DNA of 47,040 nucleotides from Candidatus Moranbacteria bacterium GW2011_GWE1_49_15 (GTDB lineage Bacteria; Patescibacteriota; Minisyncoccia; Moranbacterales; GWC2-37-73). The position numbers and the translations under genes are program-made. Under the pieces are notes generated by a model that had not been told where the DNA came from, did not search any database, and was given only the letters and a program-made list of their open reading frames with translations. This document shows, piece after piece, positions 21,122 to 33,400 of this stretch; position 1 is the stretch's first letter, and each line of letters opens with the position of its first letter. The DNA is taken from assembly GCA_001003855.1 (NCBI GenBank), contig LCPX01000013.1, positions 1 through 47,040 on the forward strand, in the 5' to 3' direction.

Positions 21122-21227
21122 TTTTAAATTTTTAATTTTAAATTTGAAATGAATTTTTAATGATTGAATTCGAAAATTGTAAATTCCGTCATTGATTTAA
21201 AATTTTAAATTTATAATTTAAAATTAA
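21121..21227. repeat. AT-rich inverted-repeat spacer element (ligA to gatC)
   Basis: Shares an identical 23-mer, attttaaatttttaattttaaat, with 44531..44553. Its termini aattttaaat/atttaaaatt are inverted. Confidence 0.7.
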
Positions 21228-21521
21228 GTGGAGATGTTAACCAAGGAGGAAATACAACATATCGCCGGCCTGGCCAGGATCAGCCTGCATGAGAAGGAAA
21301 TCGAAAAATACCAGAAAGACCTTTCTGGTATTTTGGATTATTTCACTGAGCTTCAAAAACTTGATACCGAGAGCGTTGAGGCGATAGGGCATATCACCGG
21401 CATGCGGAACGTTTTTAGACAGGATAAGTCTTCGGATTTCGGTTCGATAGGCAAGGAGGAAATCTTGAAGAACGCGCCGGAGACCAAGGGCGGATACGTG
21501 AAAGTTAAGAGTGTGCTCTAA
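21228..21521 (+). CDS. gatC: Asp/Glu-tRNA amidotransferase subunit C
   Basis: About 95 aa, LTKEEIQHIAGLARISL...L..IL.Y. The start is either GTG 21228 or ATG 21234. Confidence 0.88.
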   Translation: MEMLTKEEIQHIAGLARISLHEKEIEKYQKDLSGILDYFTELQKLDTESVEAIGHITGMRNVFRQDKSSDFGSIGKEEILKNAPETKGGYVKVKSVL

Positions 21522-21638
21522 TTTCGAATCCTGAATTTCGAATTTTGAATCAAATTTGAATGATAGAATGTTTTAAAAATTAAGACATTAAAAATTCATT
21601 CAAAATTCAAAATTGGAAATTCAAAATTTTATTTTAAG
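21522..21638. repeat. AT-rich inverted-repeat spacer element (gatC to gatA)
   Basis: gaattttgaatcaaatttgaatga ... tcattcaaaattcaaaatt imperfect palindrome built of AAAATTC-type words. Confidence 0.65.
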
Positions 21639-23093
21639 ATGATCCGAGAACTGCATGAAAAATTGATGAATAAGGAGATAACTTCGGTCCAACTGACCAA
21701 GGATTATTTCGACGCGATCAAGAAGAATGATCCCGAAATAGGGGCATATCTGACTTTGACCGAGGAGTTGGCGCTGAAGCAGGCCCAGTTCGTCGATCAA
21801 AGGATCGCAAGCGGGGAAGAAGTCGATCTCTTGGCCGGAATCCCATGTGCCATCAAGGACAATATGTGCGTCGACGGAGTGAGGGCGACCGCAGGTTCGA
21901 AAATGCTCGACAGTTATATTTCTCCGTATGACGCGACCGTGATAAGCAGGCTCAAGGAGGTCGGCGCGGTCATCTTGGGAAAGACGAATATGGACGAGTT
22001 CGCAATGGGATCTTCGACCGAAAACAGCGCCTATCAGCTGACAAGAAATCCGCATGACGCGGAAAGGGTTTCCGGGGGGTCCTCTGGGGGAAGCGCCGCC
22101 GCTGTGGCCGCCGATGAAGCCGCCTGGTCGCTGGGATCGGACACGGGAGGATCGATCCGTCAGCCGGCATCTTTTTGCGGAGTGGTGGGACTCAAGCCGA
22201 CCTACGGAAGGGTTTCCAGGCACGGGCTCATCGCTATGGCTTCCAGTCTGGACCAGATCGGACCGTTTGCCAAAACCGTCGAAGATTGCGCGATAATACT
22301 TTCAAGGATTTCAGGTGAGGATAAGATGGATGCGACTAGCGCTCAGAGCGCCGACAAGAGATACGAGGACTTTTTAACCGGAAACATCAAGGGAATAAAA
22401 ATCGGAATACCGAAGGAATATGTGCAAAATTTGGAAGGGAAAATCAAGGAGGAATTTGAGAAATCGGTGGAGAAATTCAAGTCTCTCGGAGCGAAGATCG
22501 TGGAAATAAGCCTGCCGCACAGCTCCTACTCTTTGGCGACCTATTACATGATCATGCCTTCAGAGGTCAGTTCCAATTTGGCCAGATTCGACGGGATAAA
22601 ATACGGCCTGAGGATCAATGATCAGGAAAACACGGAATTCATCGAAAACGGAAAAACCGAGAGGAATCTGTTGGAAACCTACATGGACACCAGGGAATAT
22701 GGGTTCGGAACGGAAGTGAAAAGGAGGATAATGCTCGGAACATATGCGCTCTCAAGCGGATATTATGACGCCTATTACCTCAAGGCGCAGAAAGTCAGAG
22801 CTTTGATCAGGGATGATTTTGAGAAGGCTTTCGAGGAAGTGGATTTCATTTATTCCCCGACCGCGCCGGAAGTGGCGTTTAAGGCCGGAGAGAAGACGGA
22901 TGATCCTCTCAAGATGTACCTTTCGGATATTTACACGGTGACGGCCAATCTGGCGGGAGTGCCTGCGATTTCTTTCCCCATAGGATTCCTGGAGAGCGAC
23001 GGCAAAAAACTGCCGCTCGGAGGACAGCTGATGGGGAAATGGTTCGATGAGGAAGGGCTTCTCAATGCCGCGCATACGTTCGAAACGAATTAA
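21639..23093 (+). CDS. gatA: Asp/Glu-tRNA amidotransferase subunit A (amidase signature)
   Basis: 484 aa. Amidase signature GGSSGGSAAAVA and GSDTGGSIRQPA. Confidence 0.93.
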   Translation: MIRELHEKLMNKEITSVQLTKDYFDAIKKNDPEIGAYLTLTEELALKQAQFVDQRIASGEEVDLLAGIPCAIKDNMCVDGVRATAGSKMLDSYISPYDATVISRLKEVGAVILGKTNMDEFAMGSSTENSAYQLTRNPHDAERVSGGSSGGSAAAVAADEAAWSLGSDTGGSIRQPASFCGVVGLKPTYGRVSRHGLIAMASSLDQIGPFAKTVEDCAIILSRISGEDKMDATSAQSADKRYEDFLTGNIKGIKIGIPKEYVQNLEGKIKEEFEKSVEKFKSLGAKIVEISLPHSSYSLATYYMIMPSEVSSNLARFDGIKYGLRINDQENTEFIENGKTERNLLETYMDTREYGFGTEVKRRIMLGTYALSSGYYDAYYLKAQKVRALIRDDFEKAFEEVDFIYSPTAPEVAFKAGEKTDDPLKMYLSDIYTVTANLAGVPAISFPIGFLESDGKKLPLGGQLMGKWFDEEGLLNAAHTFETN

Positions 23094-23111
23094 TAAGTTT
23101 TCAAAATAAAA

Positions 23112-23654
23112 ATGACATTCAATTTCGAAACAACCGAATCGGCCGACCTCGTGCAGGTGGCGACCAACATCGCGATGCAGGTTTACAATTCGACTTTTTT
23201 CGATTTCGTGAAGTTTTTCCTGATAGTTTACACCTTGGTCCTTCTCGCGGACGTCGTTTTGCTTTTGATGCTCAAGGGAATCGGTTCCGACATCAGGAAG
23301 GGCCTTCGCGGAATGGACATGCCGGTCGTCTCGAAAGGCAAGATGGAGAAGCGATGGGAAAAGGTCAAAGACAGGCTCAAGACGGACAGCGTATCCCAAT
23401 ACAAAGTCGCGATCCTTGAAGCCGATTCTATCGCCGATGAAATCTTGGGCAAAATCGGGCATCAGGGCGCCAACATGACGGAGAGGCTGGAGCAGCTCAA
23501 GCCTGGCCAACTTGATTACCAGGAAGAGCTCATGGGTGCCCATCAGATCAGGAATAAGATAGTCCATGACGAAAGCTTCGTGGTGGATAGGAAGCTGGCC
23601 GAAGAAACCGTCGGTGTTTATGAGAAGTTCTTGAGGTATCTGGAGTTCATGTAA
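23112..23654 (+). CDS. hypothetical membrane-anchored protein with helical C-terminal domain (possible Rx4H motif)
   Basis: One TM segment (FFLIVYTLVLLADVVLLLML) and a C-terminal AHQIRNKIVHDE. Confidence 0.5.
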   Translation: MTFNFETTESADLVQVATNIAMQVYNSTFFDFVKFFLIVYTLVLLADVVLLLMLKGIGSDIRKGLRGMDMPVVSKGKMEKRWEKVKDRLKTDSVSQYKVAILEADSIADEILGKIGHQGANMTERLEQLKPGQLDYQEELMGAHQIRNKIVHDESFVVDRKLAEETVGVYEKFLRYLEFM

Positions 23655-23678
23655 GATCCGAAGACGATTTTATGCAAT

Positions 23679-23708
23679 AAAAAACACCCGCGCGGGTGTT
23701 TTTCTTTT
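23679..23708. terminator. bidirectional hairpin terminator
   Basis: aaaaaacacccgcgcgggtgtttttctttt, a GC stem flanked by A and T runs. Confidence 0.75.
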
Positions 23709-23775
23709 GGCGGGGACGACCGGGCTTACTCGTTCCGGGCACTTGTACTCGAAGAGTGTAAACTTCTCGCCCCTC
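23708..23775 (-). pseudogene. degenerate tRNA-like element related to tRNA-Asp, with encoded CCA
   Basis: The 3' 18 nt (gcggggacgaccgggct on the plus strand) are identical to the tRNA-Asp 3' end at 23830..23846. The 5' end GGGGCGA pairs with UCG(U)CCCC. Only two internal hairpins are present, so there is no canonical cloverleaf. Confidence 0.5.
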
Positions 23776-23790
23776 GTCTATTTAAAGCAA

Positions 23791-23818
23791 AAATTAAAAA
23801 ACATCCTCAATGGATGTT
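23791..23818 (-). terminator. terminator of the tRNA operon
   Basis: Stem aacatcc/ggatgtt, followed on the minus strand by TTTTTTAATTTTT. Confidence 0.65.
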
Positions 23819-23830
23819 CTTTAATTTCTG

Positions 23831-23904
23831 CGGGGACGACCGGGCTCGAACCGGCGACCTTCTGCGTGACAGGCAGACGCTCTAACCAACTGAGCTACGC
23901 CCCC
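23831..23904 (-). tRNA. tRNA-Asp (GTC)
   Basis: GGGGGCGTAGCTCAGTTGGTTAGAGCGTCTGCCTGTCACGCAGAAGGTCGCCGGTTCGAGCCCGGTCGTCCCCG folds as a cloverleaf with anticodon loop CTGTCAC. CCA is not encoded. Confidence 0.9.
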
Positions 23905-23919
23905 GTATTTTCAATTGTG

Positions 23920-23993
23920 TACCAGGGGTGAGATTTGAACTCACGACCCCAGGCTTATGAGTCCTGTGCTCTAACCAACTGAGCTACCCTGGC
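23920..23993 (-). tRNA. tRNA-Met (CAT), elongator-like; tRNA-Ile2 (lysidine) cannot be excluded
   Basis: GCCAGGGTAGCTCAGTTGGTTAGAGCACAGGACTCATAAGCCTGGGGTCGTGAGTTCAAATCTCACCCCTGGTA with anticodon loop CTCATAA. Confidence 0.85.
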
Positions 23994-24027
23994 ATCGAAG
24001 CTGCGCTTCACTCTTGAACCGTACTTG

Positions 24028-24101
24028 TTGCGGGGACAGGATTCGAACCTGTGACCTCGTGGTTATGAGCCACGCGAGCTGCCGGACTGCTCCACCCCGC
24101 T
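24028..24101 (-). tRNA. initiator-like tRNA-fMet (CAT)
   Basis: AGCGGGGTGGAGCAGTCCGGCAGCTCGCGTGGCTCATAACCACGAGGTCACAGGTTCGAATCCTGTCCCCGCAA. It has a 1:72 A.A mismatch and is close to the E. coli initiator as I recall it. Confidence 0.85.
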
Positions 24102-24171
24102 ATATGAATACTTGCAATACTACTTATTATAGACAGATTTAATTACTTGTCAACCGTCGGTCCGTTTTCAA

Positions 24172-24200
24172 TTGACCGGAACCGGATTTTTTGCTAGAAT
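24172..24200 (+). promoter_or_regulatory. sigma70-like promoter TTGACC-17-TAGAAT
   Basis: Hexamers at 24172..24177 and 24195..24200, leaving a leader of about 100 nt before ATG 24305. Confidence 0.55.
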
Positions 24201-24304
24201 GGTTTGCGGCTCGAGAATAAGCCAAAAAGTCGTCTGGACGGAGGGCTTTAAGGCAGAGCCAAAGGTCGAACCTTAATAAAGAAAGAGTAATCCACACTAC
24301 GCCT

Positions 24305-24574
24305 ATGATATTATTTTTGGTAGGGGTTTTGGAGATGGTCATCGTTACAGCCTGGACCAAAGTCGTGACGGAAAACAAGGTCATGGCCAGCGGGGCTATA
24401 ACCATGGTCAATATCCTGATCTGGTATTATGTGCTCCAGACTATCATCGACGACATCAGCAATTGGAAATTGGTCGTGCTCTATGCGCTCGGATGCGCGG
24501 TAGGGACGGTCATAAGCACGTATTATTTCAACAGGAAGGAAGGATCCAGGGGAAGGCTTGCGGAGCAAGCATAA
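24305..24574 (+). CDS. small membrane protein (89 aa; UPF0316/DUF5698-like, tentative)
   Basis: Three hydrophobic segments. The resemblance to the family is from memory only. Confidence 0.45.
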   Translation: MILFLVGVLEMVIVTAWTKVVTENKVMASGAITMVNILIWYYVLQTIIDDISNWKLVVLYALGCAVGTVISTYYFNRKEGSRGRLAEQA

Positions 24575-24634
24575 ACATTAAAAAAGAAAAAATGAGTGAC
24601 GATATTCCCCATATAGGAATAGAGGACTATAGAT

Positions 24635-24670
24635 AAAAGCCGCTTTCTTGAGCAAAAAGAAGCGGCTTTT
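24635..24670 (+). terminator. hairpin terminator
   Basis: aaaagccgctttctt ... aagaagcggctttt. Confidence 0.65.
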
Positions 24671-24862
24671 ATGTTGGCTGAAAAAGGTTGAAGAAGTTAC
24701 ACTATACTATAGTATAGCATAAAATAAGTAAAAAGTCAAATTAGCATAGTCCATCAGGTTCATAAAGTTGAAAGTGCATCAAATCAAAGAGTTTTTCTTA
24801 AAACATCTTATCGCTCGGTTGGCCTTATAGGACTTTATATACTTTGAAGACTGCTTCTATCC

Positions 24863-24891
24863 TTGCTTTCCGCCTTTATTCGCGCTATAAT
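24863..24891 (+). promoter_or_regulatory. sigma70-like promoter TTGCTT-17-TATAAT
   Basis: Hexamers at 24863..24868 and 24886..24891, upstream of ORF 24926. Confidence 0.55.
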
Positions 24892-24925
24892 GGTAAAGTA
24901 AAAAAACAAATAAAAAATATAAGAT

Positions 24926-25303
24926 ATGACACTCAGATCATACCTTTGGGGAATGAGAGTGAGCACGGTTTTTGCTTTGGTCGGTTGGGGCTTCGTCCTT
25001 AATCATATCGATCCGGAGAAGACCGGTCCGATCGGGCAGCTGCTCTTTTATGCCAGCACTTTTTTGGCTTTGTCCGGGATATTCATCCTGTTCCTCACGT
25101 GGCTCAGAAGGAAGGCGATCAGGGATGAGGAGGAGGTCTTGGCCGGAATGGGAATGAGTTTCCGCCAGGGCGCGCTGCTCTCGTTGCTTTCGGTCTCATT
25201 GCTTTTTTTGCAAAGCATGAGGATGCTGACCTGGTGGGACGGACTTCTGGTGGTGGCCGGGATATTCCTTATAGAGTTGTATTTTTTATCGCACAGGAAA
25301 TAA
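24926..25303 (+). CDS. hypothetical membrane protein (125 aa, 4 TM segments)
   Basis: ATG start and hydrophobic profile. No family recognised. Confidence 0.5.
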   Translation: MTLRSYLWGMRVSTVFALVGWGFVLNHIDPEKTGPIGQLLFYASTFLALSGIFILFLTWLRRKAIRDEEEVLAGMGMSFRQGALLSLLSVSLLFLQSMRMLTWWDGLLVVAGIFLIELYFLSHRK

Positions 25304-27463
<2,160 letters not shown>

Positions 27464-27473
27464 CAAAACGAAA

Positions 27474-27501
27474 CTGCGCCCTCCAAGGGCGTGGTTTTTT
27501 T
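27474..27501 (+). terminator. rho-independent terminator after gyrB
   Basis: ctgcgccc tccaa gggcgtgg followed by TTTTTTT. Confidence 0.75.
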
Positions 27502-27581
27502 AATGTTTGGAAAATCGCGGGAAAAGGGTTATAATTGGAATAAGATTCACTTCGATAAGCCGCATAAACATAGACAGAAAA

Positions 27582-28178
27582 ATGAACACCATGCCACATT
27601 CGCCAGAAAATATGGAATTGCAATATGAAAACCAGGTAAGAGTAGGGAAGGAATTCGAGAAGATAGAATTGGTCGCGGAAAAATTGACCGAAAAATACAA
27701 AGAATATACGGAGCTCAAGGGTTTCGTGGATTACCTCAAAGGAATGGAGAAGTTGTTCGCCCAAGCCAGGATCGACAATTGGACCGAAACCAAAGTCAAA
27801 GAGGAGCTCGTCGAGAACGAGATACATTTTTTGGCCATCGACTCGGGAGTGGATGAGGACATATTTAAAAGGATTCGCGACGATTTTGGCATGGTCTATT
27901 TCACGGTCGAACAGGTCTATGAATCCGCGGAAAAGTTGGCGGAAAAATACGCCGCCTGCGCCGAGTGCTTGGAATTCATAGCATATATGAAAAAAGTCTC
28001 ATTGCTATTCGTGGAAGCTCAGAGGGAACATCGCGACATCAGGACCATCAAGGAAAGCTTGTGCAAAAGCAGGATCGTGAAGCTTTCGGAGGATGGAAAT
28101 CCCCAAGTGGAGACTTTGGAGGGAATCAGGATGGAATTCGAAGAGGCGATGATGGAGATGGCGGGAAACACCCGTTGA
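27582..28178 (+). CDS. hypothetical acidic helical protein with an internal duplication
   Basis: Start taken at ATG 27582 (MNTMPHSPEN). Two repeats of about 50 aa begin with AEKLTEKY and AEKLAEKY. Confidence 0.5.
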   Translation: MNTMPHSPENMELQYENQVRVGKEFEKIELVAEKLTEKYKEYTELKGFVDYLKGMEKLFAQARIDNWTETKVKEELVENEIHFLAIDSGVDEDIFKRIRDDFGMVYFTVEQVYESAEKLAEKYAACAECLEFIAYMKKVSLLFVEAQREHRDIRTIKESLCKSRIVKLSEDGNPQVETLEGIRMEFEEAMMEMAGNTR

Positions 28179-28276
28179 TCGTTACTGACAAACGTGCAAG
28201 CCCTAAATAGTTTAATTATAAATTTTCAAAATTGTCCCGGAGTATTCCAATGTTCCGGCTGTTTTGAACAAAGCGT

Positions 28277-28966
28277 ATGAATGAGATCCAAACGTGGGGA
28301 TCGGCCATCTCGGAATCCTTGGCCGGTCTGGGAGTGAGGTTTTTCAGTTTTCTGCCGACGGTTATCGGCGCGTTGTTGGTTTTCCTGGTCGGTCTCGTGA
28401 TCGCGAAAGTGTTGGGAGACGCGGTTGAGAAGGGAATCAAATTGACCAAGGTGGACAGGGCCATGGAGAAATCGGAAGTGACTAAGAAATTCGAGGAGGT
28501 CGGTTTGGAATTGAGCCTTTCGAAAATTTTCGGTGAAGTCGTGAGATGGTTCCTGATCCTGGTTTTTCTTATGGCCGCCACCGATATTTTGCAGCTCGCC
28601 CAGGTGACGAATTTCCTCAACAGCGTCATCATGTACATCCCTAACATCATCGTCGCCATCGTCGTTTTGGCTATAGCGTTCTTGCTCGGGAATCTTACAT
28701 ATAAGATTGTCAGGGGAAGCGTCAGGGCCGCGGGGATAATGAGCGCGTCGCTTTTGGCCACCATCTCCAAATGGGCCATCATAGTTTTCGGACTTTTGAC
28801 CGCCATGGTGCAACTCGGAATCGCGGAATCGATCGTCAACACTTTGTTCATCGGTTTCGTCGCGGCCGTATCGTTGGCCATCGGTCTTTCTTTCGGTCTT
28901 GGAGGAAAGGAAGAAGCGGCGGTTCTGCTTCGAAAAATCAGGGAAGAACTTTCCGAAAGGAAATAG
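28277..28966 (+). CDS. membrane protein with conserved-TM-helix repeats (CmpX-like, mechanosensitive-channel-related; tentative)
   Basis: 229 aa with repeated TM-helix units (VIGALLVFLVGLVIAKVLG, IIVAIVVLAIAFLLGNL, IIVFGLLTAMVQLGI). Confidence 0.55.
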   Translation: MNEIQTWGSAISESLAGLGVRFFSFLPTVIGALLVFLVGLVIAKVLGDAVEKGIKLTKVDRAMEKSEVTKKFEEVGLELSLSKIFGEVVRWFLILVFLMAATDILQLAQVTNFLNSVIMYIPNIIVAIVVLAIAFLLGNLTYKIVRGSVRAAGIMSASLLATISKWAIIVFGLLTAMVQLGIAESIVNTLFIGFVAAVSLAIGLSFGLGGKEEAAVLLRKIREELSERK

Positions 28967-29015
28967 GTTAATTTGCAAATAACCACTCGGCCGATAATAA
29001 GTCAATAGTAAAAAA

Positions 29016-29393
29016 ATGAACAAAATGGAAGCAGGGATGGGTTTACCACAAACTTCAAAACAGGAGTTCGTGGCTGAAACTGAAAATAGCACAGATGTGG
29101 ATTTTGAAAAAAAATTCAACAATAAACGAGTTAATGATATTAAATCAGAGCTCAGTTCGCTTGCGTATGATTTCGAGGAAGGTGATATAAATGTTGATAC
29201 GGTCAAATATGTAGTAGGTTGGTTATCGGGAGAACTTTACAAAATGGATGCTGATCCGCGAGCTGATAATCACACTCGAAATGCCTACAAGGAGTTAGAT
29301 AGAATAGTCACAAGAATCGCACCTGTTGAAAGTTCCGAAGAGATTGTCCTGAAGTTGAAGTTGGCTATTGAAAGCTTGGACCAGGTAAGATGA
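29016..29393 (+). CDS. hypothetical soluble protein (125 aa), visibly AT-richer than its neighbours
   Basis: ATG start, ending in TGA at 29391. No family recognised. Confidence 0.45.
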   Translation: MNKMEAGMGLPQTSKQEFVAETENSTDVDFEKKFNNKRVNDIKSELSSLAYDFEEGDINVDTVKYVVGWLSGELYKMDADPRADNHTRNAYKELDRIVTRIAPVESSEEIVLKLKLAIESLDQVR

Positions 29394-29402
29394 ACTGAAT
29401 GT

Positions 29403-29492
29403 ATCGTCGGACTTTCATTTGGTCTCAGTGGGAAAGAGGAGGCCGCCCATCTGCTTCGAAAGATAAGGGAGGAGATTTCGGAGAAGAAGTAA
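29403..29492 (+). pseudogene. 3' remnant of a second CmpX-like gene
   Basis: It translates to IVGLSFGLSGKEEAAHLLRKIREEISEKK*, compared with the C-terminus AIGLSFGLGGKEEAAVLLRKIREELSERK* of gene 28277..28966. The remnant is in frame with ORF 29016..29393. Confidence 0.7.
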
Positions 29493-29514
29493 AAAAGACA
29501 AAAAAAGACGCTTT

Positions 29515-29546
29515 AAAATCCGCCCTTTTCGGGCGGATTTTCATTT
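29515..29546 (+). terminator. rho-independent terminator
   Basis: aaaatccgccc ttttc gggcggatttt. Confidence 0.75.
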
Positions 29547-29628
29547 GCTCAAAGAATCCTAAAAATAGCGAAAAAACAGGGAATATCGGCCATATCCGGG
29601 TGTATTATTCAGCGGATATCGCAAACAC

Positions 29629-29656
29629 TTGACAGGTTTTTCACATCTGCTATTAT
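29629..29656 (+). promoter_or_regulatory. strong sigma70-like promoter TTGACA-16-TATTAT (candidate rRNA promoter)
   Basis: Hexamers at 29629..29634 and 29651..29656, about 470 nt upstream of the 23S 5' end. Confidence 0.6.
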
Positions 29657-30122
29657 GTATTTACGTCTAAAAAATATTCGCCACTTAAAAGGCCGATATG
29701 GCGCAAGGGGATATAATTCATTTTTCAAATATTTGAGAAATATCCAGAAAAACGAAATTGGAAAAAGCGGGTGAACCAAGAAGGCTGAATAAGTCCTCGG
29801 TTGGGTCCGCTGCAAAAGGCGGTTTTTTGTTTCTTGAAAAATTGGTGCGAGAACAACTCATCGGTTCGGCCTAAGGCCGGAACTAGTCGGAAGTTTCCGC
29901 ATCAGTCACTTTAAAACTGAATAGGAGTCTTTTCATGTGCGTGTAGGGTTATTTCCTTTCCAAACAGCGGAAAAAGGGGAAACTGGGCGCAATACATGAT
30001 TAGTCAAAAAAGTAGGTCAAAGTCCCATTTCTTTTGCGAGAATGGGCAAAATTGCAACACCGAGAGTTGAAAATATACAAGCAGTTAAGTGATTGTTAAC
30101 TGCTAACCGTTAAATAATGAAA

Positions 30123-33104
<2,982 letters not shown>

Positions 33105-33217
33105 TTCCAAATTTTACGGTTAGCGGTTAAGAGTTACTTAACCCGAAATGGAAGCGAAACGGTAGTTGCAGTGAAGTAATTGAATACTTTTTTGACACAT
33201 GATTTTTTAAAGGCAGT

Positions 33218-33331
33218 GTTCTGGTGACTCGTGCGGTTGGGAAACACCTCTTCCCATCTCGAACAGAGCCGTTAAGCCAACCAGCGCCGATGGTACCCGT
33301 TAATTCAGGGAGAGTAGGTCGTCGCCAGAAC
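33218..33331 (+). rRNA. rrf: 5S ribosomal RNA
   Basis: GTTCTGGTGAC...CCCATCTCGAACAGAGCCGTTAAGCC...GCGCCGATGGTAC...GAGAGTAGGTCGTCGCCAGAAC. An extended processing stem pairs aaaggcagtg with cactgccttt. Confidence 0.9.
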
Positions 33332-33355
33332 ACTGCCTTTAAGAGAAATTTCGGA

Positions 33356-33383
33356 ACAAGCGCCAAGAAACGCTTGTTTTTTG
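33356..33383 (+). terminator. rRNA operon terminator
   Basis: acaagcg ccaagaaa cgcttgt followed by TTTTTTGTT. Confidence 0.7.
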
Positions 33384-33400
33384 TTGGCGGAAGATATAAC

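Noticed and set aside
23708-23904. Integrated mobile element at tRNA-Asp, suggested by the 18-nt direct repeat
   Set aside because: Only about 105 nt separate the repeats, and that interval contains just a terminator hairpin. There is no integrase or cargo. At most it is a scar, and it is reported as a finding rather than as a mobile element.
23707-23931. 74-aa plus-strand ORF MAGTTGLTRSG...
   Set aside because: It is the antisense translation of the tRNA-like element, tRNA-Asp and part of tRNA-Met. The repeated AGTTGL peptide merely reflects the duplicated tRNA 3' end.
29391-29393. TGA read as a sense codon (alternative genetic code) joining ORF 29016 to the CmpX-like remnant
   Set aside because: All large conserved genes in the window (clpC, ligA, gyrB, metG, atpA and others) are intact under the standard code with no in-frame TGA. 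In addition, the SulP and CYTH genes and the minor-pilin ORF 17700..18479 end in TGA. Genome-wide TGA recoding is therefore not supported.
33224-33400. N-terminal 59 codons of ORF 33224..34261
   Set aside because: They overlap the 5S rRNA and its terminator. The plausible start is ATG 33401, which is followed by a TM helix.
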